From the NCBI GenBank assembly GCA_004297985.1, contig SCRA01000044.1:14262-78261 (forward strand): a DNA stretch of 64,000 nucleotides. Reading direction: 5' to 3'. Below the pieces are notes generated by a model. The model was not told where the DNA came from. It did no database searches and was given only the letters and a program-made list of their open reading frames with translations. A program made the translations under genes and the position numbers. Shown here piece after piece: positions 35,410 to 44,627 of this stretch. Position 1 is the stretch's first letter, and each line of letters starts with the position of its first letter. This DNA comes from a bacterium (GTDB lineage: Bacteria; Vulcanimicrobiota; Vulcanimicrobiia; Vulcanimicrobiales; SCRA01).

Positions 35410-37877
35410 GCTCGCGCTCCCCTCCAAGCTTTCACGGGCTCGTACCACAACGTGGCCGACACGGCGATGGCGATGCCCAGGCCCCACTCGCGCAGCGTCA
35501 GCGGACCGAACGCCACCGCCGCCGCCACGATGGGAACGTAGACCAGCACCAGCAGGCTGGCGGCCGCTGAGACCATCACCACGACCAAGGCGAGGTTGTT
35601 GCGCAACGGCACGCGCCAGAGTGGGCACTCCGGGTCGCGCTCCACCAGCACCAGCAGCAACTGGCCGATCACCATGACGGACAATGCCAGCGCGCGCGCC
35701 TCGTTGACGGGCATGGCGTGGGCTAACTCCCAGATGTAGAGCGCCAGTACGGCCAGGGCCAGCGTCGAGCCCACGACGAGCGGACGCACGAACTCACCCG
35801 CGCGTAGCAACCCAGCATCGTTACGCCGTGGAGGACGGCGCATGAGATCGGCGTCGGGCGGATCCGCTTCGAAGACCAGCGACGAGGTCGGGTGGACGAT
35901 CAGCTCCAGCCAGACCAGATGAATGGGGAGCAGCAGCAGCGGCGCCCCGGCGATCGGCAGAACCAGCGCCGAGATCAGCAGTGGAACGTGGAAGGCCAGC
36001 AGGTACGAGAAGGCGTGCTTGAGGTTGTCGAAGATGCGCCGTCCATCGCGCACGGCGCGCTCGATAGTGGTGAAGTCGTCGTCGAGCAACACCAGGTCTG
36101 CCGCCTCGCGCGCCACCTCGGTGCCGCGCATCCCCATCGCAATGCCGATGTCCGCCTCGCGCAGCGCCGGCGCGTCGTTCGTGCCATCTCCCGTCATCGC
36201 CACGACTTCACCGCGCGACTGCAACGCCTTCACCAGCCGGTACTTCTGCTCGGGGCGCGTGCGTGCGAAGACGGCGGTTCGCGCCGCGAGGTCCGCCAGC
36301 GCCTGGTCGTCGAGCGCGTCGATCTGATCGCCCAGCGCGACCGTACCGCCATGGTCCACCGCGAAGCCCAACGCAGCGCCGATGGCCGCCGCCGTCTCAG
36401 GATGATCGCCCGTCAGCATGATGACGCGCACCCCGGCGTGCCGGCACTCCTCCAGCGAGGATCGCACGTCGGGGCGAATCGGATCAGTAAAAGCCAAGAG
36501 GCCCACGAAAGTCAGCCCGCGCTCATCCGCGGCGCGGTCGGTACTCTCCGCGGCGGCCCCCTCGGCAACGGCGATCACGCGCATGCGCCGCGCCGCGAAC
36601 CGGCGATTGGCCTCCTCGATCTCTTGGCGCCGCTCTGCCGACGGAGCGGTGAGCGCAAGAATGCCCTCCACGGCGCCTTTCGCGAAGATACGCGGGCCCC
36701 CGGCGGTCTGCCGAACGTACGAGACGTACTTGGCCACGGGGTCGAAAGCATAGCGATGAACCAGCGGCGGCGTGCTCTGCACGTGGCCGGCGGCGCGCGC
36801 CGCGCGCTCGATGGCCTGCTCCAGCGGATCGAAGGGCGACTCCTCGGAGGCCAAGAGCGCGGCGTCCAGCACGCCGCTCCCGTCTGCTGGGTATACCGCC
36901 TCGACGTCGAGGCGCCCGAGGGTCAACGTTCCCGTCTTGTCCGTGCAGATGACCGTCGTCGCCCCCAGCGTCTCGGCGCTGGGGAGCTTGCGAATCAGCG
37001 CCTCATCGCGCGCCAGCCGCCACGCCCCGAGCGCGAGATAGAGCGTGTAGACCATGGGAAACTCTTCGGGGACGGCGGCCATCGCAAGGCTCACGCCGGC
37101 GATGATCGCCACGGGCCAGGGAGAGCCGTGCAGCAGATCGGCGACGACCACCGCTACGCAGCAGACGGCAGCACCGATCCCGAGTTGGCCGACGAAGCGC
37201 CGCACCATTCGTTGCAGCGGCGTCGGCGGCGCCTCGATGGTGCTCAGGAGCGTACCGATCGCACCATGACGCGTACGCGCGCCCGTCGCCGTAACGATCA
37301 TCGCGCCGCGCCCCGAGAGCAGCGTGGTGCCGGCCCAGAGCTCGCGCTCGGCGCCCTCCTCGACGGCATCTTTAGGCACGGGTTGCGACTCACCCGTGAG
37401 CAGCGACTCGTCGAGCATGAGCTGCAAACCACGCAGCAACACGCCGTCGGCGGGAACGACATCGCCTTCTTGAACGACGAGCAGATCGTCCGGCACGATC
37501 TCCGTGGAGGGGATCGTCGCCTCCCGCCCGTCACGCACCGCGATGGCCGTGGGAGCCGTCAATCGTTTGAGCCGGTCGAGCGCGTGCTCCGCGCGCCCTT
37601 CCAGCACCAGCGAGACCAACAGGATCGGCACCAACGCGATCCCCGTGACCGCGGCGTCGAACCGGTCGCCCAGCGCTACGTACGTGACGCTTGCCACGAC
37701 GAGCAGGATCGCCATCGGGTCGGCAAGCGCCTTGAGGAGCCGCAGCCAGCTAGGGGCTCGCCGCTGCGCAGGTAATTCATTGGGCCCGTAGATTGCCAGG
37801 CGTCGTGCCGCCTCGGCGGCTCCCAACCCATCTAGCGCCGCCCCGGCACCCGCAACGGCCGCCCCACTCCCTATCAT
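35388..37877 (-). CDS. Cation-transporting P-type ATPase, P2 (Ca2+-ATPase-like)
   Basis: CTDKTGTLT, MLTGDHPETA, MTGDGTNDAPALREADIGIAMG and a TM4 VPEEFP (PEGL-like) string. No CPC/CPH metal motif, so not a P1B copper pump. Confidence 0.85.
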   Translation of the reverse strand: MIGSGAAVAGAGAALDGLGAAEAARRLAIYGPNELPAQRRAPSWLRLLKALADPMAILLVVASVTYVALGDRFDAAVTGIALVPILLVSLVLEGRAEHALDRLKRLTAPTAIAVRDGREATIPSTEIVPDDLLVVQEGDVVPADGVLLRGLQLMLDESLLTGESQPVPKDAVEEGAERELWAGTTLLSGRGAMIVTATGARTRHGAIGTLLSTIEAPPTPLQRMVRRFVGQLGIGAAVCCVAVVVADLLHGSPWPVAIIAGVSLAMAAVPEEFPMVYTLYLALGAWRLARDEALIRKLPSAETLGATTVICTDKTGTLTLGRLDVEAVYPADGSGVLDAALLASEESPFDPLEQAIERAARAAGHVQSTPPLVHRYAFDPVAKYVSYVRQTAGGPRIFAKGAVEGILALTAPSAERRQEIEEANRRFAARRMRVIAVAEGAAAESTDRAADERGLTFVGLLAFTDPIRPDVRSSLEECRHAGVRVIMLTGDHPETAAAIGAALGFAVDHGGTVALGDQIDALDDQALADLAARTAVFARTRPEQKYRLVKALQSRGEVVAMTGDGTNDAPALREADIGIAMGMRGTEVAREAADLVLLDDDFTTIERAVRDGRRIFDNLKHAFSYLLAFHVPLLISALVLPIAGAPLLLLPIHLVWLELIVHPTSSLVFEADPPDADLMRRPPRRNDAGLLRAGEFVRPLVVGSTLALAVLALYIWELAHAMPVNEARALALSVMVIGQLLLVLVERDPECPLWRVPLRNNLALVVVMVSAAASLLVLVYVPIVAAAVAFGPLTLREWGLGIAIAVSATLWYEPVKAWRGARAWRRASP

Positions 37878-37947
37878 TGCGCCATGATGGACGAGGCCAG
37901 GGAAGTTCTCGTGAACGGCCGATGTGTCGGCTTTCCGCTTCTCTGCG

Positions 37948-38397
37948 CTAACGGCCCTGCGCGCTCACCGAGTAGTAGGTGGGCGTCTTCGCGAACTCCG
38001 GCGGCACGTTCCACATCTCGGCCGCGTACCACGCGGCCCAGGCCACGACGAAGACGCACATCACCCACGTCCAGACGGGAATCGGCGATGGCGACTCGGC
38101 GCGCTTGGGTTCGAACGGCTCGTCACCGCCGAACGCATTGAGCCGCAGGTCGAGCGTTCCATGCACCGTACTCCCCGCGCGCAAGCCGGAGATGGTGATG
38201 CCGGGACCGTTACGCACTTCGAACGGAATGCGCCGCATCCCCATGCGTCCCGTAGCATCGAAGGCCTCGATGCGCAACGCGTGCTCTCCGTCGCTCATCC
38301 GCGTCGTATCGAGAGAGAAGCTCGCCGGCGGTGCATAGTCGGCGATAGGGTCACCTCCGCCGTCGAGAAAGACGCGAATGCGCGCCGCCTCTTCCAT
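37948..38397 (-). CDS. Membrane-anchored protein with Ig-like N-terminal domain (cbb3-cluster associated)
   Basis: 149 aa from the ATG at 38395-38397, which shares its A with the upstream TGA. A beta-rich N-terminal domain and one C-terminal TM helix (IPVWTWVMCVFVVAWAAWYAA). No family recognised. Confidence 0.5.
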   Translation of the reverse strand: MEEAARIRVFLDGGGDPIADYAPPASFSLDTTRMSDGEHALRIEAFDATGRMGMRRIPFEVRNGPGITISGLRAGSTVHGTLDLRLNAFGGDEPFEPKRAESPSPIPVWTWVMCVFVVAWAAWYAAEMWNVPPEFAKTPTYYSVSAQGR

Positions 38398-38561
38398 CAA
38401 CGATCACCTCGCAGGACGCTGTACTTCGGGTGGTCGGGATCCGTCTCGCCGGGAGCAATCAGCATGCGGATTGCGGCGAAGACCACCCACAGGGTGATCG
38501 CCCCCCCGACGAGCGCGACGAACACGTTGCCCAGCGGCGGGCCGCTCATCACGTGCTCCAT
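38397..38561 (-). CDS. 54-aa single-TM protein, CcoQ-position small ORF (not in supplied ORF track)
   Basis: My translation: MEHVMSGPPLGNVFVALVGGAITLWVVFAAIRMLIAPGETDPDHPKYSVLRGDR. AAGGAGGG RBS upstream of the ATG at 38559-38561. Fills the gap between ccoO-fusion and the next gene, and its stop overlaps the next start. Confidence 0.5.
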   Translation of the reverse strand: MEHVMSGPPLGNVFVALVGGAITLWVVFAAIRMLIAPGETDPDHPKYSVLRGDR

Positions 38562-38563
38562 GC

Positions 38564-39568
38564 CTACTTCCCTCCTTTGCGAATTCGCGCCACATCGCTC
38601 GGCGTTACCGTCGGTGCGTGGTTACCCCACGAGGTCCGCTCATGATCGACGATAGCCGCGATCTGCTCGTCCGTGAGCTGTGTCGCGAAGGCAGGCATCT
38701 GCCCCCCGTATGCCGTGCCGCCGATGCTCTTGCCGTGCAGCCCGTCGAGCACGATCTTCACGTGATCGGTAGGATTGGCGGTGGTGACCACCGGATCGTC
38801 GGCCAGCGGTGGGAAGGCCCCCGCGACGCCCGTGCCCTGCGCTCCGTGGCAGGCAGCGCAGTTGGCCCCGTAGAGGTTCGGGCCCGTGGAAGCGTAGTCG
38901 AAGCCCTTGGCGGCGGTTCCGCCCGCGGCGGCTCCCTGGCCGGCTGCGGGCTTGGCGGGCGCCATCGCTTGCTCGGACTCCCGCGCGGCCTTCTCCATGT
39001 CCGGCGGCAGAGCCGGCTGCTTGAGCGAGAGCAGATAGGCCACCAGCGCCTTGGCCCGAGCCGTCGGGATCACCACGCCGCTCTTGGGGGCATAGGCGGG
39101 CGGGAGCGCGACGGGAGTCTCCCCTTGCGGCGTCGTCGGGACGACCTTGAAGAGCCAGTGATACGACGGCATGATCGACTGCGGCACGACCGCACGCGGA
39201 TCGTAGAGGTGGATGTACTGCCAGACCTCGGCGGGCTGGCGCACGCCGACATTGGTGAGATCGGGGCCGGTGCGCTCGGAGCCCAAGAGCTCCGGTGTCT
39301 GATACGCGTAGTCACCCGGCGCCGATGGGCGGCCGAAGACTTTGTCCATCGCTAGCGGGCGCACTTGCTGGGTGTGGCAGTAGGAGCAGCCCTCCGCGAC
39401 ATAGACCGCGCGCCCGGCCTGCTGCTCCGCCGTCAATGGGATGACGCCCGGCCCCGGTGCCGTCTTCGAGAGCGCCATGCCCGGAAGCACGCCCATCAGG
39501 ATCGCCAGCACGAGATAGACCAGCCCCGATCCTCCAGCGATGGCGACGAGACGTCCGTCGCGACTCAT
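38564..39568 (-). CDS. ccoO: cbb3-type oxidase CcoO fused to a C-terminal monohaem cytochrome c domain
   Basis: N-terminal CcoO: TM helix, CSYCHTQQVRP, GPDLTNVG, YIHLYDPR. After an Ala/Gly/Pro-rich linker comes a second haem site CAACHG with ...GGQMPAF. Two CxxCH sites in total. Confidence 0.85.
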   Translation of the reverse strand: MSRDGRLVAIAGGSGLVYLVLAILMGVLPGMALSKTAPGPGVIPLTAEQQAGRAVYVAEGCSYCHTQQVRPLAMDKVFGRPSAPGDYAYQTPELLGSERTGPDLTNVGVRQPAEVWQYIHLYDPRAVVPQSIMPSYHWLFKVVPTTPQGETPVALPPAYAPKSGVVIPTARAKALVAYLLSLKQPALPPDMEKAARESEQAMAPAKPAAGQGAAAGGTAAKGFDYASTGPNLYGANCAACHGAQGTGVAGAFPPLADDPVVTTANPTDHVKIVLDGLHGKSIGGTAYGGQMPAFATQLTDEQIAAIVDHERTSWGNHAPTVTPSDVARIRKGGK

Positions 39569-40962
39569 CAGGCCACCTCCGAGATCGGCTCGACTCTGCT
39601 GATCACGCGCTCACCGCCGCTCAGCATGAACCACACGTTCCACGCGAAGACCAAGTGGCTGATGAACATCAGCGATCCGCCGATCGAGCGCCACAGCCAA
39701 TCCGGCGCGATCGCCGTCACCGAGTCGATGAACGGCGCGCCGCTCATCCAGACCAGGCCCTGGATCGTGCCGCCGATCGAGAGCGCCAGAATGTAGATCG
39801 CCATGCCGACGGTGGCGAGCCAGAAGTGCAGACCGGCCAGCGTGAGTGAGGGAGCGCGCCCGGTGGCACGCGGCACCAAGGCGTAGATGCCGCCCCAGAT
39901 TCCGAACGTGATGAACGTGTACATTGTCAGGTGGGAGTGGCCCACCGTGAAGTTCGTGAGGTGCCAGACGGCCTGCAGCGAGCGGAACGCCTCGAAGGTT
40001 CCCTGCGTCGATCCCAGCAGGTAGCCCAGTACGCCGACGAAGACGAACGGCAGCGCATACGAGCGACGTACCTGCTCCCAGCGCCCGCGCATCGTGAGCA
40101 AGAAGTTCGCGCTGCCCGCCCAGACCGGCACCAGCATGGCCACGCTGAAGACGATAGCGAGCGTCTGCAGCCACCATGGTAGCGGACTGAAGATGAAATG
40201 GTGTGCGCCGATGATCGGGTAGAACACGAGGTTCGTCCAGAACGCGAGAACGCCCAAGGCGTACGAGTAGATCGGGCGGTTGAGCAACTTCGGCAGCACG
40301 TAGTAGAAGAGTCCCAACGTGAGCGGGGTGAACCACATGCCGACGGCGTTGTGCATGAAGAAGCCTTGCACCGCCACTTGTCCCAGACCATACTGATACA
40401 GCGGGATGAAGGCCACGGTCGAGAGGATGAGCGTCCAGATGATGCCGCCCATCGTGTACCAGTTGGAGAGATAGATGTCGTCATCTTTCCGCCTGGCGAC
40501 CGTCATGATGAGGTTATACGCGGCGGTGAGGATAGCGATCAGGAGGAGCGCCTCTATCCACCAGATCCACTCGCGATACTCTTGGTCTCCGTTGTTGAAG
40601 CCTAGGTCGAGCGCGACCGTCCCGAGCGCGGCGGCGACGTTGAAGAGCGCGAGCGTGACCCACCCCAGCTTGATGCTGTACAAGCGTGTGGCGCAGGTCT
40701 TGCAGGCGACGTAGAACACCAAACCCACGAGCGCGATGCTGGCCCATGCGTAGAACGTATCGTTGGTATGGATCGGCCGGAGTCGACCGAACGAGAAGTA
40801 GGGGCTGGTCAGGAACTCCGGGTAGGCAAACTTGAAGGCAACGATGAGGCCGACGGCCGTCGACAGCACGAGCCAGCCGGTAGCAAACGCGATATATGCC
40901 CCAAGGAGGCTCGTGATCTCGCGATCGTCCTCGTCCTGTAGGGCAACGCTTCTGGCAATCAC
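39568..40962 (-). CDS. ccoN: cbb3-type cytochrome c oxidase subunit I
   Basis: 464 aa, 12+ TM helices. IHTNDTFYAW, GAHHF and VGHSHLTMY histidine motifs. Its stop shares a base with the ccoO start. Confidence 0.9.
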   Translation of the reverse strand: MIARSVALQDEDDREITSLLGAYIAFATGWLVLSTAVGLIVAFKFAYPEFLTSPYFSFGRLRPIHTNDTFYAWASIALVGLVFYVACKTCATRLYSIKLGWVTLALFNVAAALGTVALDLGFNNGDQEYREWIWWIEALLLIAILTAAYNLIMTVARRKDDDIYLSNWYTMGGIIWTLILSTVAFIPLYQYGLGQVAVQGFFMHNAVGMWFTPLTLGLFYYVLPKLLNRPIYSYALGVLAFWTNLVFYPIIGAHHFIFSPLPWWLQTLAIVFSVAMLVPVWAGSANFLLTMRGRWEQVRRSYALPFVFVGVLGYLLGSTQGTFEAFRSLQAVWHLTNFTVGHSHLTMYTFITFGIWGGIYALVPRATGRAPSLTLAGLHFWLATVGMAIYILALSIGGTIQGLVWMSGAPFIDSVTAIAPDWLWRSIGGSLMFISHLVFAWNVWFMLSGGERVISRVEPISEVA

Positions 40963-40995
40963 CCGGATATAGTACGGGGCGCCCTTACCGCCACC

Positions 40996-41796
40996 CTACG
41001 ACTTCGGTAGCACGTTTTTGGCCGGCCCCAATTCGCTCGCGCGCCGTGCCGTCGCCAATAACGCATCGGCGAACCCCACGGCCGAGCGCGCGCGCTCCAA
41101 CTCCATGAGTCCAGCGATCGTGCAGCCTCCCGGCGTCGTGATGCGTTTGCGCAGGACGGCGGGATGCTCCGCGCTCTGCGCCAGCCAAGCGCCCGTCGAG
41201 CGGAAGACCTGCGCGGCCACGGCCAGAGCGCTGTCCGCGGGCAGTCCCAGCGTAAGCGCCGCATCGGTGAACCCCTCGATCAGCCGCAGCACGAGCGCTG
41301 GCGCAGAGGCCGTCAGTGCGGTGAAGGCGTCAAGGCTCCCCTCCGGCACGTCGAAAACGGTTCCCAGCGGCGCGAAGAGAGCCCGCACATGCGCAGAGGC
41401 ACCGTCGGCGACCGCCGTCACCCCTTCGTTGAACGAACAGAGTACGTTGGGCATCGCGCGCACGATGTCAACGCGGGCGGATATGCGGCGTCGCAGCGCA
41501 TCGCGGTCGACGCCGGCCATCACGCTCACCAGCGTGCCCCCGCCGTCCCCCCACGCCTCGAGGGCCCCCGCAACCTCCGGCCACTGGTGGGGCTTGACCG
41601 CCACGATGACCGTGCGTGTTCCAACCAGGGCTTCGTCGAGCGAGGTTCCCGCAGGGATGCGAAAGCACTCGCGCACCATACCGGCGCTGGCCTCGCTCTT
41701 GGTCACGGCGCGCCCCGGCAGGCGCCCCGCGCGTTGCCAGCCGCGCAGCAGCGCCGAGCCCAGCTTCCCGGCGCCGAGTAGCGTCACATCCTCCAT
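40996..41796 (-). CDS. proC: Pyrroline-5-carboxylate reductase
   Basis: LLGAGKLGSALLRG Rossmann motif and a C-terminal RKRITTPGGCTIAGL motif. GGGAG RBS. Confidence 0.8.
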   Translation of the reverse strand: MEDVTLLGAGKLGSALLRGWQRAGRLPGRAVTKSEASAGMVRECFRIPAGTSLDEALVGTRTVIVAVKPHQWPEVAGALEAWGDGGGTLVSVMAGVDRDALRRRISARVDIVRAMPNVLCSFNEGVTAVADGASAHVRALFAPLGTVFDVPEGSLDAFTALTASAPALVLRLIEGFTDAALTLGLPADSALAVAAQVFRSTGAWLAQSAEHPAVLRKRITTPGGCTIAGLMELERARSAVGFADALLATARRASELGPAKNVLPKS

Positions 41797-41810
41797 GGCT
41801 TACTCCCATA

Positions 41811-41853
41811 TCACAAAAGAAAAGAGGCGCGCCGCTCGATCGAGCGGCGCGCC
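41811..41853 (-). terminator. Intrinsic terminator (28-nt perfect palindrome + U-tract) downstream of aceA
   Basis: GGCGCGCCGCTCGA/TCGAGCGGCGCGCC at 41826-41853, followed on the minus strand by TCTTTTCTTTTGTGA (41811-41825). Confidence 0.65.
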
Positions 41854-42018
41854 CTAGGACCCTCTCCCTCCCGACGAGGGCTATCCGAGCATACGCAACC
41901 CGATCGACTTCGTGGTACGAAGCGGCGGGATCGACGGTCGGAAGCTGGTCGGGTGGAACATCGTGACCCAAGGATAGCACGGCATGCGTGCCCCCCGCAA
42001 CCAACGACGACGATATCC

Positions 42019-42049
42019 GGGAATCTCTGATCTGCGCTCAGAGATTCCC
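42019..42049 (-). other. 12-bp stem hairpin abutting the aceA stop codon
   Basis: GGGAATCTCTGA (42019-42030), loop TCTGCGC, then TCAGAGATTCCC (42038-42049). The aceA stop is at 42049-42051. Confidence 0.5.
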
Positions 42050-43344
42050 TACGCCATGATTGCGGCGCTGAACTGCTCCTCTTCCGTGGAGCCGAGCAGT
42101 GCGGTCGTCGACGCTTCGCCGCCGGTGATGACCTGTGCCACTTCGTCGAAGTACCCGGTCCCGACTTCGCGCTGGTGGCGCGTTGCCGTGTATCCGCGAG
42201 CCTCGCTTGCGAACTCCGCCTGCTGCAGCTCGGAGTAGGCGGCCATCCCACGCTCCCCATATTCGAGAGCCAGCTCGAACATGCTGTGATTGAGGGCGTG
42301 GAAGCCGGCTAGCGTCACGAACTGGAACTTGTAGCCCATCTCGCCGATCCGCCGCTGGAACGTGGCGATCGTCTCGTCGTCGAGCTTCTTCTTCCAATTG
42401 AACGACGGCGAACAGTTGTAAGCCAGCAGCTTACCAGGAAACTCGTCGTGGATCGCATCGGCGAAGCGCTGCGCCTCTTCCAGATTGGGCTCCGAGGTTT
42501 CGCACCAGATCAGGTCGGCGTACGGCGCGTAGGCCAAGCCGCGCGCGATTGCCGCCTCCAGGCCGCCGCGCATCCGGAAGAAGCCCTCGCGCGTCCGCTC
42601 ACCGGTGAGGAATCGGCTATCCGTAGGATCGACGTCACTGGTGATCAGGTGGGCGCCGTTGGCGTCGGTACGCGCCACGAGAATCGTCGGCACGCCCATC
42701 ACGTCGGCGGCAAGTCGCGCGGAGACCAGATGGCGGATGGCACTCGCCGTCGGGATGAGCACCTTGCCGCCCATGTGGCCGCACTTCTTCTCCGAGGCCA
42801 ACTGATCTTCGAAGTGCACGCCCGCGGCACCGGCTTCGATCATCGACTTCATGATCTCGAAGACGTTGAGCGGGCCGCCAAAGCCGGCCTCGGCATCGGC
42901 GACGATGGGCGCGAACCACTCGGCTCCGGCGCGTCCTTCCAAGTGATCGATCTGATCGGCGCGCTGGAGCGCGCGATTGATGCGTTGGACCACACTGGGA
43001 ACGCTGTTCGCGGGATAGAGGCTCTGGTCGGGATACATCTGCCCGGCCAGGTTTGCGTCGGCTGCGACCTGCCAACCGCTCAGATAGATCGCCTTCAACC
43101 CGGCTTTGACTTGCTGAACTGCCTGGTTTCCCGTAAGCGCACCCAGCGCGGCTACATAGGGTTCCCCGTGCAGCAGCCCATAGAGGCGTTCCGCGCCCCG
43201 GCGAGCTAGGGTGTATTCAATCTGCAGGGAGCCGCGCAGCTTGAGCACATCCTCCCCACGATAGGGCCGCTGGATGCCTCCCCAGCGCGCCTCGGAAGCC
43301 CACTGGGCCTCCAGCAACCGGGCATCCACGCCGTACGCCGACAT
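42049..43344 (-). CDS. aceA: Isocitrate lyase
   Basis: 431 aa with the KKCGHMGGK catalytic signature and full-length ICL layout. Confidence 0.93.
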   Translation of the reverse strand: MSAYGVDARLLEAQWASEARWGGIQRPYRGEDVLKLRGSLQIEYTLARRGAERLYGLLHGEPYVAALGALTGNQAVQQVKAGLKAIYLSGWQVAADANLAGQMYPDQSLYPANSVPSVVQRINRALQRADQIDHLEGRAGAEWFAPIVADAEAGFGGPLNVFEIMKSMIEAGAAGVHFEDQLASEKKCGHMGGKVLIPTASAIRHLVSARLAADVMGVPTILVARTDANGAHLITSDVDPTDSRFLTGERTREGFFRMRGGLEAAIARGLAYAPYADLIWCETSEPNLEEAQRFADAIHDEFPGKLLAYNCSPSFNWKKKLDDETIATFQRRIGEMGYKFQFVTLAGFHALNHSMFELALEYGERGMAAYSELQQAEFASEARGYTATRHQREVGTGYFDEVAQVITGGEASTTALLGSTEEEQFSAAIMA

Positions 43345-43430
43345 CGTCCTCTCCTCTCGTCACGTTGTGCAACGGTGATGTGACGACGATTCTATCGGTT
43401 CGCGCCTTCGAGCGAATCCCCCGAGCGAGG

Positions 43431-43476
43431 TATTTTCCACCATTATCACAAAATCAAGAAATTAACTTTCCTGATC
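43431..43476 (-). promoter_or_regulatory. AT-rich island upstream of aceA with extended -10-like TGTGATAAT
   Basis: The only markedly AT-rich stretch I saw: TATTTTCCACCATTATCACAAAATCAAGAAATTAACTTTCCTGATC. On the minus strand it reads ...TTGATTTTGTGATAATGG, about 98 nt upstream of the aceA ATG. Confidence 0.3.
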
Positions 43477-43896
43477 TCAGGGCGTGGAGAAGCTACCGAT
43501 CAGGGACGGCCTGGGAGGTAGACAGCCTTCAGGAGTCGGCTCGGCGTAGGCCACCGAGACATCGTAATGTGCTCCCAGGCGCAGAGGCGGGAGCGCCGTA
43601 CCACGCCGCTCCTCGTCGCCGCTGACCGCCCGCAGGGATCCCGCTGCGGGAGCCGGCTCCAACACACCGCTCTCCCAGCGGAGACCCGCCCCCCCGACGA
43701 CTACGCGAATCGGCGGGGTCAACAGCGGAACTGTCACGGAGAGGACCGCGTGTTGCGGATCGACCGCCGTAACGCCCGGCGTGCCGATGGTGAGGCTCTG
43801 GGCGGCGATCGCCGGGAGCGGATCGCAACTATCACCGTGGTCGATCATGGGGCTGCCGCCGGCAGCGAGGATGGCCGCCATCGCGAGTTCGAGCAT
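43477..43896 (-). CDS. Hypothetical protein
   Basis: 139-aa ORF in an otherwise unassigned gap. No recognisable motif, and coding status is unproven. Confidence 0.25.
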   Translation of the reverse strand: MLELAMAAILAAGGSPMIDHGDSCDPLPAIAAQSLTIGTPGVTAVDPQHAVLSVTVPLLTPPIRVVVGGAGLRWESGVLEPAPAAGSLRAVSGDEERRGTALPPLRLGAHYDVSVAYAEPTPEGCLPPRPSLIGSFSTP

Positions 43897-43990
43897 GGCG
43901 CAACGTTCGACACGGCTTGGACGGCTCCGGGCGAGACGAGCGAGGGCGCGATGCCGAAGGACCGCCGCGCAAGCACACGAAGCTCGCCCG

Positions 43991-44620
43991 ATGCCCTCGC
44001 CAGCGTCATTTGCGCTTTTCCTCGCCGCCGCCGTGCCCCTGATCCTCGCGCCCGGGCCCGATACCCTCTACGTTCTTTCGCGCGCCGTCGGCCAGGGCCG
44101 CCGCTACGGCGTGCTCTCCGCTTTCGGCGTCGGAACGGGGCTATGGGTGCACATCACCGCGGCGGCCGTGGGGCTCTCCGCGCTCCTGCGGGCCTCGGCG
44201 CTGGCCTTCACGGTGGTTCGCTACGCCGGGGCGGCCTATCTGGTCTACCTTGGCATCCAGGCACTGCGCTCGCGCGATGCGCTGCACGCGCAAGGCGCGC
44301 GCAGCGCGGCACCGCCGCTGCGCATCTTCGCGCAGGCCATGGCGACCAACGTGCTCAACCCGAAGGTAGCGCTCTTCTTCTTGGCCTTTCTCCCGCAGTT
44401 CGTCGATCCCGCGCGCGGCTCCGTGCCGCTGCAGATCGTCCAATTCGGAGCGACCTACGACGTGTTCGGCATCGCGTGGCTACTAGCCGTGGCGGCCGCC
44501 TCGGGGACACTGGGCACGCTCATGCTTCGTAAGCCGCGCGTGGCGCGCGCGCAGCGCTGGGTCACCGGCGGCGTGATGCTCGCCCTCGGCTTGCGGCTGG
44601 CCGTTCCCGACCAGCGGTAA
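43991..44620 (+). CDS. LysE family amino-acid exporter
   Basis: From the ATG at 43991: FALFLAAAVPLILAPGPDTLYVLSRAV...NVLNPKVALFFLAFLPQF. Confidence 0.85.
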   Translation: MPSPASFALFLAAAVPLILAPGPDTLYVLSRAVGQGRRYGVLSAFGVGTGLWVHITAAAVGLSALLRASALAFTVVRYAGAAYLVYLGIQALRSRDALHAQGARSAAPPLRIFAQAMATNVLNPKVALFFLAFLPQFVDPARGSVPLQIVQFGATYDVFGIAWLLAVAAASGTLGTLMLRKPRVARAQRWVTGGVMLALGLRLAVPDQR

Positions 44621-44627
44621 GACTTCT

